Shown here: positions 38,201-52,937 of the stretch, piece after piece
Numbering within the stretch: position 1 is the stretch's first letter
Layout: each line of letters opens with the position of its first letter
Assembly: GCA_951406725.2 (NCBI GenBank)
Contig: OX597814.1
Location: 132,556,001 to 132,620,000 of the forward strand
DNA: 64,000 nucleotides
From: Octopus vulgaris
Taxonomy: Eukaryota
Reading direction: 5' to 3'
Notes under the pieces: generated by a model
Database searches by the model: none
Seen by the model: only the letters and a program-made list of their open reading frames with translations
What the model was told of the DNA's origin: nothing
Translations under genes and position numbers: made by a program

Positions 38201-38220
38201 ACACAACCTAATTTAAGCAT
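35209..38220 (-). pseudogene. Disrupted LINE ORF2 (APE endonuclease + reverse transcriptase)
   Basis: GCVNARGL, IVAISETR, SYLDRIL, TDHK, GPGYWKLN, KSPGLDGLPYE, NFRPITLLNADLKILAK, SVRQGCPLS, YADD; broken across several frames. Confidence 0.9.
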
Positions 38221-38295
38221 AATTGACGTTTACGAAAATTGTGTTTCACACACAAACATTGGAAGAGACAAGAGGCAAGAGGGAAGGTCACTTAC

Positions 38296-40050
38296 TCATT
38301 TCGAAAGTTTCATTTTTTCTTCTTCTTTTGTAGTGTCTTTGATGTTGTGTTTGTATAGTTTTTTGGAGAGGTAACGTTGAAACCCGCCTACCGCATTTGG
38401 AAATATTGTTTTCAGTGTATGGTGTTGTGTTTGTGTTATGTGTACAATTTTTATGTGCTTCGGTGGTGTGGTGCGCGGATGATTGTTTGTCTTAAAGTCA
38501 TCTTCACAGATGTCCGTGTTGGATACAATATAATCCATTAATTTTTTATTGTCTGTGTCTATTGCAGTTAGTTGTGTGTGTGGTTTTGCGGGTTCATTGA
38601 TTTTTTGATTGTCTAGGGGGATGCTGTCCGGAGTTAAATATCTCCCTGCTTTACTTCCTTGTTTGGTGGACTTTTTTTATCTTTTCCTTTTACCCCCTGT
38701 GGCTATTTGCCATTCCGTCGAACTTTCGTCGTCCGACGTATCAGAAGAGGGTAAAAGCAAAGCATTTGTGTTAATATGTATGCTTGTAGAAATTGTTGAT
38801 GTTTTGTGCGGTGTTTGTGTTGTTATGGTGTTAGGGGTAGAATTTGTCTTCTCGTCACTGTTTTCTATCTTTTTAATTGTCGTCCTGGGTATTGGTGTGG
38901 GTCTATCTTTTGGTTCAGCATGATAAATTGGTTGCGTCGTCAACGGTGATTTTGTTGGTACTGTTTCTTTTCTTGGTGATGTTGTTGGGGTTTGTTTGCT
39001 GGTTTGTTGTTTTTCTTCTTGGCATTGTTCCATAATTGAGTGTGTTGGTGTTGTTTTCTGATTTGTTCTTTCTTGTTTTTTCTGTGCTAGAGCGCACTTG
39101 GCAATTTAATTCTCTGGGCTGCCACAGTTGTAGCATCTAGGCTTCTTGCCTTCTGCCACAACATATAGGCTTTGCCCATTTTCTAGGTGGATCCTATCGG
39201 GTAGGCTCTCGATAGAGGCCCCCTCAATCTGGATGGTCACTACTATTGTTTTTCCACCCCAATTGTCGTTTAGGTACACGGCTGTTTCTAAAATATTGAT
39301 CTTTTTCAAATGGTAACAGATTGCCCCTGTTATCCATTTGTTCGGGATCTCGGGGAGTACATTTTTAATAGTAATTCTACTCACTCTCTGGCCTTTGAAA
39401 TAAGGTACCATTTTGATATCATCATTTTCCAAAGACTCGGTAGAGTGAGCTTTTGCCATTTCCTGGTTAGTGAAGCGGACCACTACTGTGTTAAACTGGG
39501 GACCCCAGTTTATATATTCTTTTTATTTCATTATGCTTTTTAAACATTTTTCTATATCCGTTTTTGTAATCTGTTCATTTTGTTTTTTGTTTTTTCTTAT
39601 AATTTTATATATAATTGTCTTATTTTCTATTTGTTCCTTTATGTGTTGAGGTGTATGCAGCACTAAATCTTGCCCACGGGTTGTAAAGAGAGCTCTCGTT
39701 TCTATTAGCTCTTCATTTGTAAATGTTACTATTTCCTTCTTCTGACGCAGAGTATCAGCGAAATTTACTGGTGTTGTTGTTTTAATATTAACATCTTCAC
39801 TATTAGATAGTTCATTTTTATTGTTGTTCTTGTTGTTGTTGTTTTTCTTAATAGTATTCGCGTGAGTTTCATTTTTATCATTTATGTTGGTCGTGGTGGT
39901 AGTGGTGGTGGTGGTGGTGGAGGTGGTGGTGGTAGCAGTAGTAGTCTCGTTGTTGTTGTTAGTGGTGGTGGTGGTGGTGGTGGTGACAGGGCTGTTACCG
40001 CAAGTGGTTGCAGCGTTCACTACCACGTCATTCAGGTTTGCACTTTGCGT
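38296..40050 (-). pseudogene. Disrupted LINE ORF1 (Thr/Asn-rich N-terminus, CCHC knuckle)
   Basis: VVAEGKKPRCYNCGSPE...C knuckle; ORF fragments 39523-40026, 39106-39483, 38677-39033 and 38296-38538. Confidence 0.75.
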
Positions 40051-40351
40051 GCATACGTTCTTTTTTTTTCTCCTAGCGTTTCCAGACTAGGAAAATGCTG
40101 GTCCATAAAAGAACGCGACCAGCGTTCTACAATAAAATTTCTCGACATTAAAAAATGTCGAGAAGAAAATTACACAAATTAAATAGGGTTGAAACTGCCC
40201 CTAGGGGCGAATTCCTCCCTTGGAAAAGCACTCAAACGAAAGTTGGGTGTCTTACACACCTTATTTACAAAAATGTACACAAAATATGGGCTATAAATAG
40301 TCAAAATAAGCGATTACCTTCGGAGCCGAAGTGACAGCATGTCCGTAGATG

Positions 40352-40443
<92 letters not shown>

Positions 40444-40789
40444 TACATACGACGGACTTCTTTCAATTCCGTCTACTAAATCCACTTACAAGGATTTAGT
40501 CATCTCGAGGCTATGAAAGGTACCGTGCAGTGGGACTGAACCTGAAACATGTTGTTGAGAAGAGAGCTTCCTACCACACAGTCACACCGGTGTAATATAA
40601 TGAATTGGAAAATTACAATTGAGAGAGATTATCATGCAATCTGTTGATAAGAATTCACACTAGTGCTGTTTGTTTTAAAATGTAAATATAAGTAAGGAAA
40701 ATCACTCCAATGAAATCATCTATTTTTTTGTTTCTGAATTAAAACGAGGCAGTTGGGAATGGATCTTTGACTGACTGGTGAAAACAGTC

Positions 40790-41170
40790 GGGATTTTACC
40801 TTTAGAAAAGATTTTTAAAATAATTTTTTGTAACTAAATACTTTCAAACTTCGTATAATTGTAGAATGTGTCACTTAAAACATCTTTTACTCTGGGCGTT
40901 GTCGAGAAAATTCTGTATTTTGGAAGATATTTCTTGTTAAAGTTGTCGTATTTCAGTAACTTCAACCAATCAATGAAATGTATTCAGCTGACTAAAATTA
41001 CTGCCGTTGTTTGTCAAAAACAACTATCGGCGTTGTATATTTCGTTTGTCACTGTTATTTATGACATCGTTCGTGCGTTTGTACTGGTTTTAGCTTTAAG
41101 GTTTTAGGGTTAGGGTTTTAGGGTTAGGGTTAGGGTTAGGGTTGGGGTTTTAGGGTTAGAATTACGGAAA
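40790..41170. repeat. Repeat element ending in interstitial (TTAGGG)n-like tract (41100-41158)
   Basis: About 8 imperfect TTAGGG units; Helentron-associated-type element inferred. Confidence 0.55.
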
Positions 41171-44100
41171 AAGATGAGAAATGAAGCACGAACGTAAATA
41201 TGCTTCAGATACACTCGTTTATTCATACAAACGTAACTTAGATGAAAGGTAAAGATCCAACAGTAGATATATTAGAATCATGTTAGGTATCATTAGCAAA
41301 TTCAGAAGTAATCATTATGTACAGAAATACAGAAAAATGTAGTGATGCAGATTATGAATACCAACAATGTAGCTGAGAGAAGGTACATCAGAGGAATATT
41401 CTGTATGGTAAATACACATACAGTAGGGTCTAACATAAATTATGAAGTTTCATTTGATAGACACAATAACCTCATGCCCCACAATGTTAATATAGCAAGA
41501 TGCTGCAAGCTCACCATCAAACGGAAAAAAATTAAACTCCTATACTTTTTTCTTTTGTACTATGTACAAGGGATCTCTTTTTTTAAGTGGATGAAGAAAT
41601 GTGTAATTTATGAGTTTACTGAGATGATTTATATATTTGGAAGATTTTGAGGACAAAACTTGATTAAAATATGGAATTATTAAAAGCTTACCTGTTGCTC
41701 TCAAAGAAGCTGGTCACAATATCACCCTTGATATTGATTTCTATAATTGGTACAAGATCAAACAGTTTTTGGGAAGAATATGAATTGATTATCTTGACCA
41801 AGCATTTTTACTGGCATTTCATTTTATCATCTAAGCAAAGCCAATATCTGCAGGATTTGAACTGAAAATGTATGTTCATAACCAAAATATAGTAAGATAT
41901 TCTGTCCAACATTCCACCAATTATTCCAATCTACTGTCTTAAAATTGAATTACAAAACAGGAAATTGAAAATTTTTTGATATTATTAATTTTCCATTACA
42001 CATGTTTCATTTACTGATAGGAATTATAAAAGTCTACATGTTAGAAAGACATGTAAAAAATTTCCAATTAGAAATTCGTCAGAGCAAAAGAGTAAGAGAA
42101 AAACCAAATTATAAATAAAGACAACTAACAACATAATTGCGTCTTTTGATGCATTTATTTCAACAAAAGTTCGTTTCTTTCTACGAAAAACAGTTTATCT
42201 CTTTTACAGTAAATAATATTTGACATGTTACATAGCTTTACCCTTATATCAAGGTAGATAAAAAGACAATTGTAATAGCTGCCGGGATAGGAGGAAAAAA
42301 AGAGTCACTGAAATTGGGTCATTGAATAGGAAACTATTGGTATGATTTTGAAAAAAATCACATCAATACAAATTTGGAAAATTGGTTTATTTAGTAGTTT
42401 GTTTTTATTTTTCTTCTATAAATTTTGTATTTATCACATACATATCACAATACAAGGAGCTGCCAAATTTACAAAGAGGGCTATCGATGTTTTCACAAAA
42501 ATTCCGTCATATTGTTCTTGCCAGATAATGTCACAGACACTCTTCCTCACCTTCTACAGAAACATGATGCTATAGTTTCATACCTATTATCTCTCACCTT
42601 GCTCTAATGACATATAGGTTACTGGGGATTCTACACTATATGCACACATATACACACACATATATGTACGTACATACATATATACATACACACACACACG
42701 CATATATTTATAATATATAATATTTGTATATATATATATATATATCATACATAGGTGTGTGTGTGCATGATTTTTCTATGTCAAACCTCTTGTTTTCACA
42801 TACAATAATGGATATACATTAATAATGATGTCTTCATTAAGCAGATGCTCAATTGCTTTGTCATGGGAGAAGCATAGTTGACACCCAGCATACACAGGTA
42901 ATGTAGTGTATTGATCCCTCAATGAATAAAAGGCAAAATCAATTGCAATGGTATTCAAAATATGAACTTAAAGGGATGAAACTTAAAATACCATTGCAGC
43001 CAACTCAGGATCCTCAGTGTGATATCACTAATATTCATTTCTGTATTTAGGCTCAAAAAAATATATGCATGGGGGTAGTTATAGTTGATTCCATATCCTC
43101 CAGTATATGACTGGTTCATCTACTTTTGTCCCTGGAAGCATGACAAATGGAAATGACCTGGGTTAAATTCAAATTCAAAATATAGAGGAATGCAATTCAC
43201 TACTCTTGTTGCATTTACTCTTGGACTAAAAAATTACTGCTAAATTTTCATCTTTCATATAGCATTTTATTTAAAAAGAAAGTGAAAAATAGAATGAGTA
43301 TAATAACTTCAGTGCAAAAAGAAAACCTTTACATATTTTTCACATACCTTCAAGAATAAAGTGTTAATTTAGATTTTGTCTTAAATAAAAGAAAACAGCA
43401 AGGAAAAGACATTTAGCAAATAATGAACCCATAACTAAATATTTGAAATATACTCATATCTGCCAAAACCAGATAAGCACTTCTGATGTCATTTCTATAC
43501 ATGGTTCATTCCTTATCAGATACGTCAACATTATCTGTCTATATATCTTGGGAAAAAAAAAGTCATTTTTATTTGTATGTCATGAATCAACTGTCATTTT
43601 GTCGCACTAGGTTGTATTATAAAATCATGAACAAAGGTGGATGTATTTACTGGTTAGGAGGAGAAGGAAATATCACAAAAATATGGACCAAAAAATTACA
43701 GAGTTTTTGCCCCCTAAAATATCGAACAAGTCCTGGTGATGTTCATTCTTTATCTGAGTATTCATATCAGCTAATGCAAAACAGTGTTTAAATAGAGAAA
43801 ATACTGACCAATGCTTCTACTTTACAAACATCTGCCATAGATTCTGAGTTAATGAATTAAAATATTTTATTTTTAGAATATATCTGGTTATGAAAGCAGC
43901 TTATAAATTACTCTATGCAATAAATATTTGGGAGAGTTTCTCTATGCAATTAACATTTGGTAGACTAGAGTCCCACTCCATGGAGCACTTTGTTCTCATG
44001 TTGCGTAGTGCAGCAATAATTTCTCATAAGAATTGATCTAAGGTTTTTTATGACCAATGCATTGAAAAAGGACAAAATCATTTTTTTTTCATTCTATCCA

Positions 44101-44254
44101 AATGTTGTGATGAAATGTTTAAAAAGAGAAAAATAACATGTGGTAACATACAATAACAATAAATAACATGTTGTACATAGTGTGTGAATTAAAGATGGTG
44201 AAATGGGATGGAGAAGAAAAAGAAGTAACAAGCTGAGATATGTATATTTATGCA

Positions 44255-44293
<39 letters not shown>

Positions 44294-44480
44294 TGGTGAA
44301 AACCTTTAAGTATGCTATGTAAAGCTCATCCATAGTTAACAGTTACTGGATGTTAACATATAGTGGGAATGCTCTAATATATATATATATCTTACCGTTT
44401 TATCAATATATATATATATATATATATATATAATAGAAATATGTCACAAAAAGAAAATAAAAACTACACGTGGTAATGTA

Positions 44481-44868
44481 AGGGGAAAGTAAAAAAAAAA
44501 GACGAAAATGCACATTGTAAATCAAAAAAAGTAAAGACTTTTTATGCAAAGTAACAAAAGATATATACAATTAGATGAACTGATGTAGGAAAGAAAGTTA
44601 TAAAAGTCATTATTGTGAAATTATTAAAGAGATTCAAGCATACTGGTTTCGTAAGTTACTAATCATTAATTTGAATACAACTATTCATTGCTTTGAATTC
44701 AAAGCAATGAGTTTGAATCTCTTTAATAATTTCACAATAATGACTTTTATTATTTTTATTCCTAGCTCAGTTCATCTAAGTGTATACACCTTTCGTTACT
44801 TTGCATAAAAAGCCTATACTTTTTTTGATTTACCATGTGCATTTTCGTCTATTTTTCTTAGTTTCCCC
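44481..44868. repeat. Diverged foldback inverted repeat (~155-bp arms) between (TA)n tracts
   Basis: Arms 44481-44638 and 44713-44868; inner perfect palindrome TCATTGCTTTGAATTCAAAGCAATGA. Confidence 0.85.
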
Positions 44869-44869
44869 C

Positions 44870-44925
<56 letters not shown>

Positions 44926-45314
44926 CAGAGAGCAAGAATAAAGAGAAAGTGAGAGAAAGGCACAGAGAAAGAAGAAAATAGGTGGACAGAGAGAGATTTG
45001 TAAGTAAACACAAATAGATATTTTTCCCTCAACGTTTCATTAGGGGAAAATTATGAAATTAAAACAAAAAGGATCAAAGAAAAAGAAATGATGATTTCTT
45101 AATTAAGCTGGAGGCCAACTGTTTAGCTATGGTAAAAGTGTAGGCGAGTAAATTCACTCCCAATGTATCAATGACAATATATTTCATTGATCTCTGGTGA
45201 TGAAAAGCAAAAGGACTAATATATATGAAGCCAAATTTTCTGTATCAGTCAACTACTCTCTTTATATGTAGAAATATGTGTGTGTGTGTGTGTGTGTGCA
45301 TGTTTGTGTGTCTC

Positions 45315-45366
<52 letters not shown>

Positions 45367-45412
45367 CATGCTGTGTATGTATGCATAATGTGTGTGTATA
45401 TATATATATATA

Positions 45413-45497
45413 CTTTATTTAAAAGCATCAGAAATTCAACAGAACCTGTTACTCCGAGTAACAGGTTTTGTTGAATTTCTGCTGCTTTTAAATAAAG
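45413..45497. repeat. Palindrome, 42-bp arms
   Basis: CTTTATTTAAAAGCATCAGAAATTCAACAGAACCTGTTACTC-C-GAGTAACAGGTTTTGTTGAATTTCTGCTGCTTTTAAATAAAG. Confidence 0.9.
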
Positions 45498-45618
45498 CAT
45501 ATTACTCTACCCCTGGTATTTGAGTACTCTTTTTTCCACCTTGTTTCACATTTATGTGTTTACTCCGGTATATATATATATATATATTGGAAGGTTTGGA
45601 GATGATGTACAGGTATTT

Positions 45619-45762
45619 TATATTAGAAGAAATGAGGTACTCAGAAATTCGGATGGTTTTATATTTACAGATATTTATTTGCATATTACATGTAATATAC
45701 AAATAAATATCTGTAAATATAAAACCATCCGAATTTCTGAGTACCTCATTTCTTCTAATATA
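45619..45762. repeat. Spacerless palindrome, 72-bp arms
   Basis: Centre ACA|TGT at 45690/45691; one mismatch seen. Confidence 0.92.
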
Positions 45763-45791
45763 TATATATACATACATACATACATACATGC

Positions 45792-45869
<78 letters not shown>

Positions 45870-46238
45870 CTGTGCTTGTATAAGTACATACACTCACAAT
45901 AAAGAAAAGTAGACAAATCCAAAGATTATATGAATAAACACAGAAACACACATGAACTAGTATTGCTACATTATATATAAATACCAATTTTAATTTATCA
46001 AGCTTGCATTATTTGTATCATGAGCAACTGAAAATGTAAAGTGAATACAAATAGATTTGCTTCTTATATAACATATGTTAAAGAAATTCCATTCATTATT
46101 TGAATTTGATATGCATATATGCATACTTATGCACATATATAGCAGTAATTGTACATATTTACTTACACATACATCTACATAAATATATCTTTCTGTCTCC
46201 CTCTCTCACTCTCTCTCATATATATCTACATATGTGTA

Positions 46239-46269
<31 letters not shown>

Positions 46270-46595
46270 GTACAGAGAGATGAAAGTAGCTTTGAAATTA
46301 CTAGGTGGGGGGGTCACAACTCACTTAAGAGGTTGTGAAGGGCAAAAAAAGAGGTTTGACAAATGAACTAAGTGATTGACTGTTTAACGAGCATGTTAAA
46401 CAATCAATTGATTAATTAGTTAGATATTTAACCAATTGACTAATAATAAAGAAGTGGAATTGAACCTCTGCATGTGTTATTATTATTATTGGCATAATGA
46501 CTCTCTGAAAATACAACAAAATATATAAAACACATACATACATACACATATACATGATACATATACATACATATATGTGCATATGTGTTTATATA

Positions 46596-46628
<33 letters not shown>

Positions 46629-46860
46629 GGTTAATCCAAACGGGAAAACAGGAAAGACAACAACAACGTGTGGAACAATTACAGTATATATGTTTGTTTA
46701 TATATATATATATATAGATAGATAGATAGATAGATAGATAGGATCAGATTGAAGTCTGGTGCAGCCATCTGGTTCACCAGACCTCAGTCAAATCGTCTAA
46801 CCCATGCTAGCATGGAAAGCGGACATTAAACAATGATGATGATGATGATGATGATACATG

Positions 46861-46941
<81 letters not shown>

Positions 46942-47218
46942 GTGTGTGTATTGCTCAGTTTTGCATAAGTCAGGAGGAAAAACATTAAAAGAAATGTTAT
47001 GCTGTTATACATTCATGTTGTCAATTTTTGATACTTATGTATATATAAATTGTCTAGTTAGGGAGGTTTGAAATCTTTATTTGAGGTGTGACTATCTGAA
47101 ATCTTTCAACTAGATTCTGCTCTAATTTAGATGTTTACAGAAAATATAAAATAAATAAAATCTTGTGTTATGTACCATTTATTACTGATGCGATTATTTC
47201 TAATTATCAATACTTTAA

Positions 47219-47437
47219 CCCTTTCATTACTGTATTTATTTTGAGATGCTCTGTGTTTCTTTCAATTACTTTAAATATGACAAAGACTTTAGTAAATAAC
47301 TTAGTTATCGTTCAGCTAGTGTTAGGAACATAAATTGTGACTAAGGTTTGGTGGAAGATTTTAATTCAAAACTTATGAAAACAAGACATTTGTACTCAGA
47401 GCCAGAGCCGGTTTCAGCCGGGTTGGTAACGAAAGGG
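47219..47437. mobile_element. piggyBac-type MITE
   Basis: TTAA|CCCTTTC...GAAAGGG|TTAA. Confidence 0.85.
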
Positions 47438-47729
47438 TTAAAGGCATTGACATACCTTTTTGTCCTTTTTGTAAGCTTGTATGTATGTGTATATATAAGT
47501 ATACGTATCTGTACATTATATATATATATATGAGAGAGAGAGTGTGTGTGATATGCAATGTATGCCATCGATATTCCATGTATGAATGACTAATGTAATA
47601 AGCAGAAGGAACATGAACTTCAGAACATATAATATTAAGATTTTATCTATCAACAAGAGATCATTCAGCTTTAAGAATATAATCAATGAACAACAAGGCA
47701 AAAATGTACTTAAATCCTATTTCAAAAAC

Positions 47730-48025
47730 GCTTTGTAACTCATATTTAAACATTTTTTCATGCTAAGAGTTTCTGAAGTATGGAACAAACTGCCGGCATC
47801 AGTTGTTAATTGTCAGAGCACTGCATTCTTCAAAACTTCCATGCTTCTTGAGATTCGCCAAGACTACACCTGATTTTCTCCCCTCCATACACACGCAAGT
47901 ATGTATCTGACTCATGCATTGTTTGCTTTCCAGACATTTGTACATTACTGCATATGCTCTATATGCACTTTTGACAAGTTGTGGTGCACCTGAGCACTGT
48001 ATACAATAATTTCATTATTATTATT
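47730..48025 (+). mobile_element. CR1/L2-type LINE 3' end
   Basis: FFMLRVSEVWNKLPASVVNCQSTAFFK C-terminal motif, followed by 3'UTR and (ATT)n tail. Confidence 0.7.
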
Positions 48026-49534
48026 TAATCTAGAATATAATTGGTTTCAAATTTTGGCACAAGGCCAGCAATTTTTGTGAAAGGAGTAAGTCCCAGGGCT
48101 AAACTGGTACATATTTTATTAACATGGAAAGGATGAAAGGTAAAGTTGACTGTAGAGGAATTTGAATCCAGAACATAAAGCTGAACGAAATGCTGCTAAG
48201 CATTTTACCCGGGATGCTGACAATTCTGCCATCTCGCTGTCATAAATCTAAAATAATATTAATATAATAGTTAGTCACATCATCAGGAAATAAATCTATG
48301 ACAATTTTTAGCCAACCAATATTTATTAATACTGGTTTCCTATCACAGTGATAGTGAACCTATGTCATGTGAGCAAACAGTGACATGCCATAGGTTTCCG
48401 GGTGATAGTGATTAACTTTGAGAAAATTTACTCTGCAACATCACGAATACCTTGAGCTTATCTAGAAATATTTACTGAAATACATGTGATATTCTAATAA
48501 CAGAATTATCAAATAATTTGAAATTCCTTCATGTCAGATTTAAAAGGTTCAACGTGATTATGATTAATTTCAGCAATCACCTTTCAAAATTCTTTTCCTT
48601 ATTTTTCTCCTACTGTAGTATTTTCACCCTTCACTTCATTCTTTGATAAAAATAGATTCTTTTAATGGGTTTCTATTTTTGTGAATAAGGAAATTTATTA
48701 TTGTTACTAATGCGTGCCAGATGAGGGAGGGATGGCTTAGCAAGAAAACCATTCAATTTATAAATATATTTTGTAAATCCTTTTAAGAAAACATACTGGA
48801 AAATAAGCACGGAAAGAGTTATTGAAGGGAGGCAACTCTTTTCTTTTCGTACAAAATCATTCACTTGCACTTGCCGAAGTAGATTTTAATTGCAGCTGAC
48901 ATCAACTTGCTGGCATCTACGCGATACATGCTATGTGTATGAAATGGTTCAGATTCATAATCATTACTATTTGTATAAATTATGTTTTTGTGGTTTTAAA
49001 TATATCATTTTTTTTTCTTTCAAATTTTATTTCAGTATTTCTTTTACTTTACTTCATTGTTTGTGACACACCTTTCTCACTCATTCTTTCTTTCTCTCTC
49101 TCTCTCTCCATCTCTTTCTTTCGATTTTTTCTTTTCTTTTCTTTTAAACTAATGCACTGCCCATTTACTATGAGAGTCTCTTTGAAGAAGCAGCAACAAT
49201 TTTGTAGTAGACTTTGGTATATTTTTCCCAGTTCTATTAAGGATAAAGATGATGATGATGATGATGATGATAATGATAATATATTTTCCTAGTATCATGC
49301 TGATGGTTAAGAGAGAAGTCTTCATTATACTCCTATATACGAATGTAAACACACACACACACAGTTGTACAAAGAGATTTATACAAATGCAGGTATATAT
49401 GCATGTATATATATATATATGTATAAATATTTATTTATATATAGGGGAGAATTCACCAAAAAAACAAAAGATGAAGACAGGTGATGTAGGCAACAAACAG
49501 ATGTATTAGTCTAACACTCAGGAAGTGAAAAGGT

Positions 49535-49570
49535 CTTTAACGTTTCAAGCCTACGCTCTTCCACTGAAAG
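49535..49570 (-). ncRNA. Degenerate minimal hammerhead-like motif
   Basis: Minus strand: CTTT-CAGTGGA-A-GAGC-GTAG-GCTT-GAAA-CG-TT-AAAG; core mutated; same layout as 10109-10143. Confidence 0.35.
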
Positions 49571-49599
49571 GAACACAGAAAGAAACAAGGAGAGAAAAT

Positions 49600-49637
<38 letters not shown>

Positions 49638-49859
49638 ATTTAGGAATTTCACGTAAAAAATCTTGCAAAACAAATATATATATATATATATATATACATA
49701 TACATACATACATACATACATACATACATACATACATACATACATACATACATACATACATACATACATACATACATACATACATACATACATACATACG
49801 TACATACATACATACATACGTACGTACGTACATATATATATATATTCCTTATTCTTTTT

Positions 49860-50070
49860 TTTTCTTTTACTTGTTTCAGTCATTTGACTGTGGCTATACT
49901 GGAGCACCACCATTAGTCAAGCAAATTGATCCCAGGACTTATTCTTTGTGAGTTTAGTACTTACTCTATCGGCCTCTTTTGCCGAACTGCTAAGTTACAG
50001 GAATGTAAACACACCAACATTGGTTGTGAAGCGATGGTGGTGGGGGACAAACACAGACACACAAACTTAT

Positions 50071-50124
<54 letters not shown>

Positions 50125-50265
50125 GACATCTAATACGCTAGAAGGAGTAGCCAAAATCCAAACCACTATTAGGGGTAATTTCAAAGGGAATGAAAAATAA
50201 AAATATTTATCATCTTTCTCCTGGACCAAGGTTTCGAACTCTAATTAGCAAATAATGTAATTTGC

Positions 50266-50306
<41 letters not shown>

Positions 50307-50455
50307 CACAACAGACTTCTTTCAGCTTCTGTCTACCAAATCCACTCACAAGTCTTTGGTTGGCCTGAGGCTATAGTAAATGCCCTGCAGTGGGACTGAA
50401 CCTGGAACCATGTTGCTGGTAACCAAGCTACTTACCACACAATCACTCCAGTACC
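49860..50455 (-). mobile_element. SINE family A with an insertion in its internal (TA)n
   Basis: Both halves match family A. Confidence 0.75.
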
Positions 50456-50879
50456 TATATATATAATATTCATACATATATCTGTATATTTCATCATAGT
50501 ACTTTATTTATCAAAGGATGACCATATCTATACATACACCCCAGTGCTTGGTGGTAAGCATCAAGCTAAGACATGTACATTTTTGACTGATGAAGTTCAG
50601 TATTTCTGCACGTGCATGCCTCTTTCCTTGCTTCTCCAGATGATGTCAATTGTGTTTCTTCTCTATATTTCAATCCCTATCCCTAACTAACAATATATGG
50701 TAAGTACTGATATCTGCTATTCTTAAAGGGTTGATATTACTACTCTCCAAAGTAATCCAAAACCACTTTGAAATATTTCTTTCATCTTCGAGCCAGATGT
50801 TGGCAATGGTGAAACTGGTAGTTAAGGGTCTTATAGGAGGGAGGAAATGCAAGTTAGACTGGATTCACATTACATACCG

Positions 50880-51350
50880 AAAACCCTCTTGTTAATAGAA
50901 AGCTTTTGGAGAAATGCAGAAAGAAGGTAACATCACATTTGTGGATCTATCAAAACTTCCCTATTCAGTAAAAAGAGAACTTCTGTGGGATGTTCCAAGA
51001 AAATTTAGTTACATGACCAAATTCACAAATTCCTTTATCAATGATTTGCAAAAGGTCATTGGTTTGAGTTATCATTGGAGATCAGGAATCTGAGCCTTCA
51101 GAAAAAGAGAAAAAAATGGGAATGAGGCAAGACTGCATGCTGACTCCTATACTGTCTATTATTTTCTTCATCATTGTAACCATGCAAAAGAATAGGAAGG
51201 AAAATGGGAGTTACTACTTACTTTTGACTCAATAGGGTAGCATTCTAACATCAGAAAGTTGCATACCACCACTAAGATCAGATCAAAATAGATCACTGAC
51301 CTACAGTATATTGTATCATTGTACTATGGGAGCTCATACTCAAAGAATGG
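50880..51350 (+). mobile_element. Highly degraded RTE RT relic
   Basis: KLLEKCRK..FVDLSK...VKRELLWD..RKF; GMRQDCMLTPIL. Confidence 0.55.
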
Positions 51351-51649
51351 ACCTCAGAGTTTATATCCAACAGCATATGCTCTACTCCCAACTTTCTCAA
51401 TACTACAGCAACATCTAACCATACCCTTCCAATTCAGATCACTAGGTTACAGTCATTTCTAATAACTGCACATTGTGTGTGTGTGTGTGTGTGTGTGTGT
51501 GGTCCATACCTCACACACATACACAGCTAACACTGAGGACTTTAACATTTGGTGTCTTCAGCAGATTCTTCCCAGTCACCTGGCAAGATTAAATTACATT
51601 TAAACAACACAAACAGCAGTGAATCTTCACTAGATTCATTCACACACAT

Positions 51650-51744
<95 letters not shown>

Positions 51745-52052
51745 TGGTACAGAAACAATTGTAACTTGTAACTTATAATTAAAGATGTGTTAAGGAAATT
51801 TCTTTGTCTTTTTTCCTTTGGATACATACATACACCAGGGTCTCTCTTAAATCAAAAAGTCTTGCTGCTAATTTTAGCAACTAGCTTGAACTCTCTCAGG
51901 AAGAACATAAACTAAACTCCAAGAAAAATCATACATACACACACATACTTGCATACAACCATACTTATATACACCTATGTGAATATGCATTTTCAGATAT
52001 TTGCATCGTTATATATATTTGTGAGTATAAGTATATATATATATATACACAT

Positions 52053-52113
<61 letters not shown>

Positions 52114-52905
52114 TGTACACATATATATGCACATATATATATATTTTAAAATATTTTAGTTAAATAGCTGGCTGAATTAGAATGGTTAACCATCAGTTGA
52201 TAGCCCTAGTTTGGGCTCATAATAAAAATATTAGTGGCAGCTACAAGCCTTGTCTCTCAATATAGCTTCTAGCCAATCAACAGTGTTGTCCTTCCTATAT
52301 GTTGCTATATATATCCATACATACATAATATACATACATTTTTATATATATGATATATATATACACACATATACATACACACACATACATACAGGCATAC
52401 ATACATACATTTATTTATATATATATATATATATATATGTAAATGTCTATATAGTACTTGTTACAAATTTATGCATACAATAACATACGCACATATATCT
52501 TTTAGGTTTATAGAAGAAAATATGCTTTATACATTGATACACAATGATATATAATTCACAAATAATTATTACGTGACATATTTCATATATTTTATTGAAA
52601 TACACACCATGCTCTTGACCAATCATTCTCTCTTATCATCATGAAATCTGTGGCTGTTAAGCATTATGCAAATAATTATCAATTCTAATATCATCATTAT
52701 TTTCTCAGTCACTATGACTGTTCTGTTTCCTTAATTTTTTTTTTAAACATCACCATTTTCATTGATACCATCTTCACCATCTTCTTCAGTGTCATTATTA
52801 AAATCACGTTTAACGTTATTGTCAACATCATCATCCATGAATTAATATAATTACTGCCACCATCCCCAGTAGTGCTAACAGCACTGCCAATATCATAATG
52901 ATCAT

Positions 52906-52937
<32 letters not shown>

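Larger units (their letters stand above)
34927..40345 (-). mobile_element. Near full-length L1/Tx1-clade LINE (copy A), with frameshifts and internal deletions
   Basis: ORF1 with zinc knuckle, ORF2 APE endonuclease + RT; flanked on both sides by (GATA)n. Confidence 0.93.
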
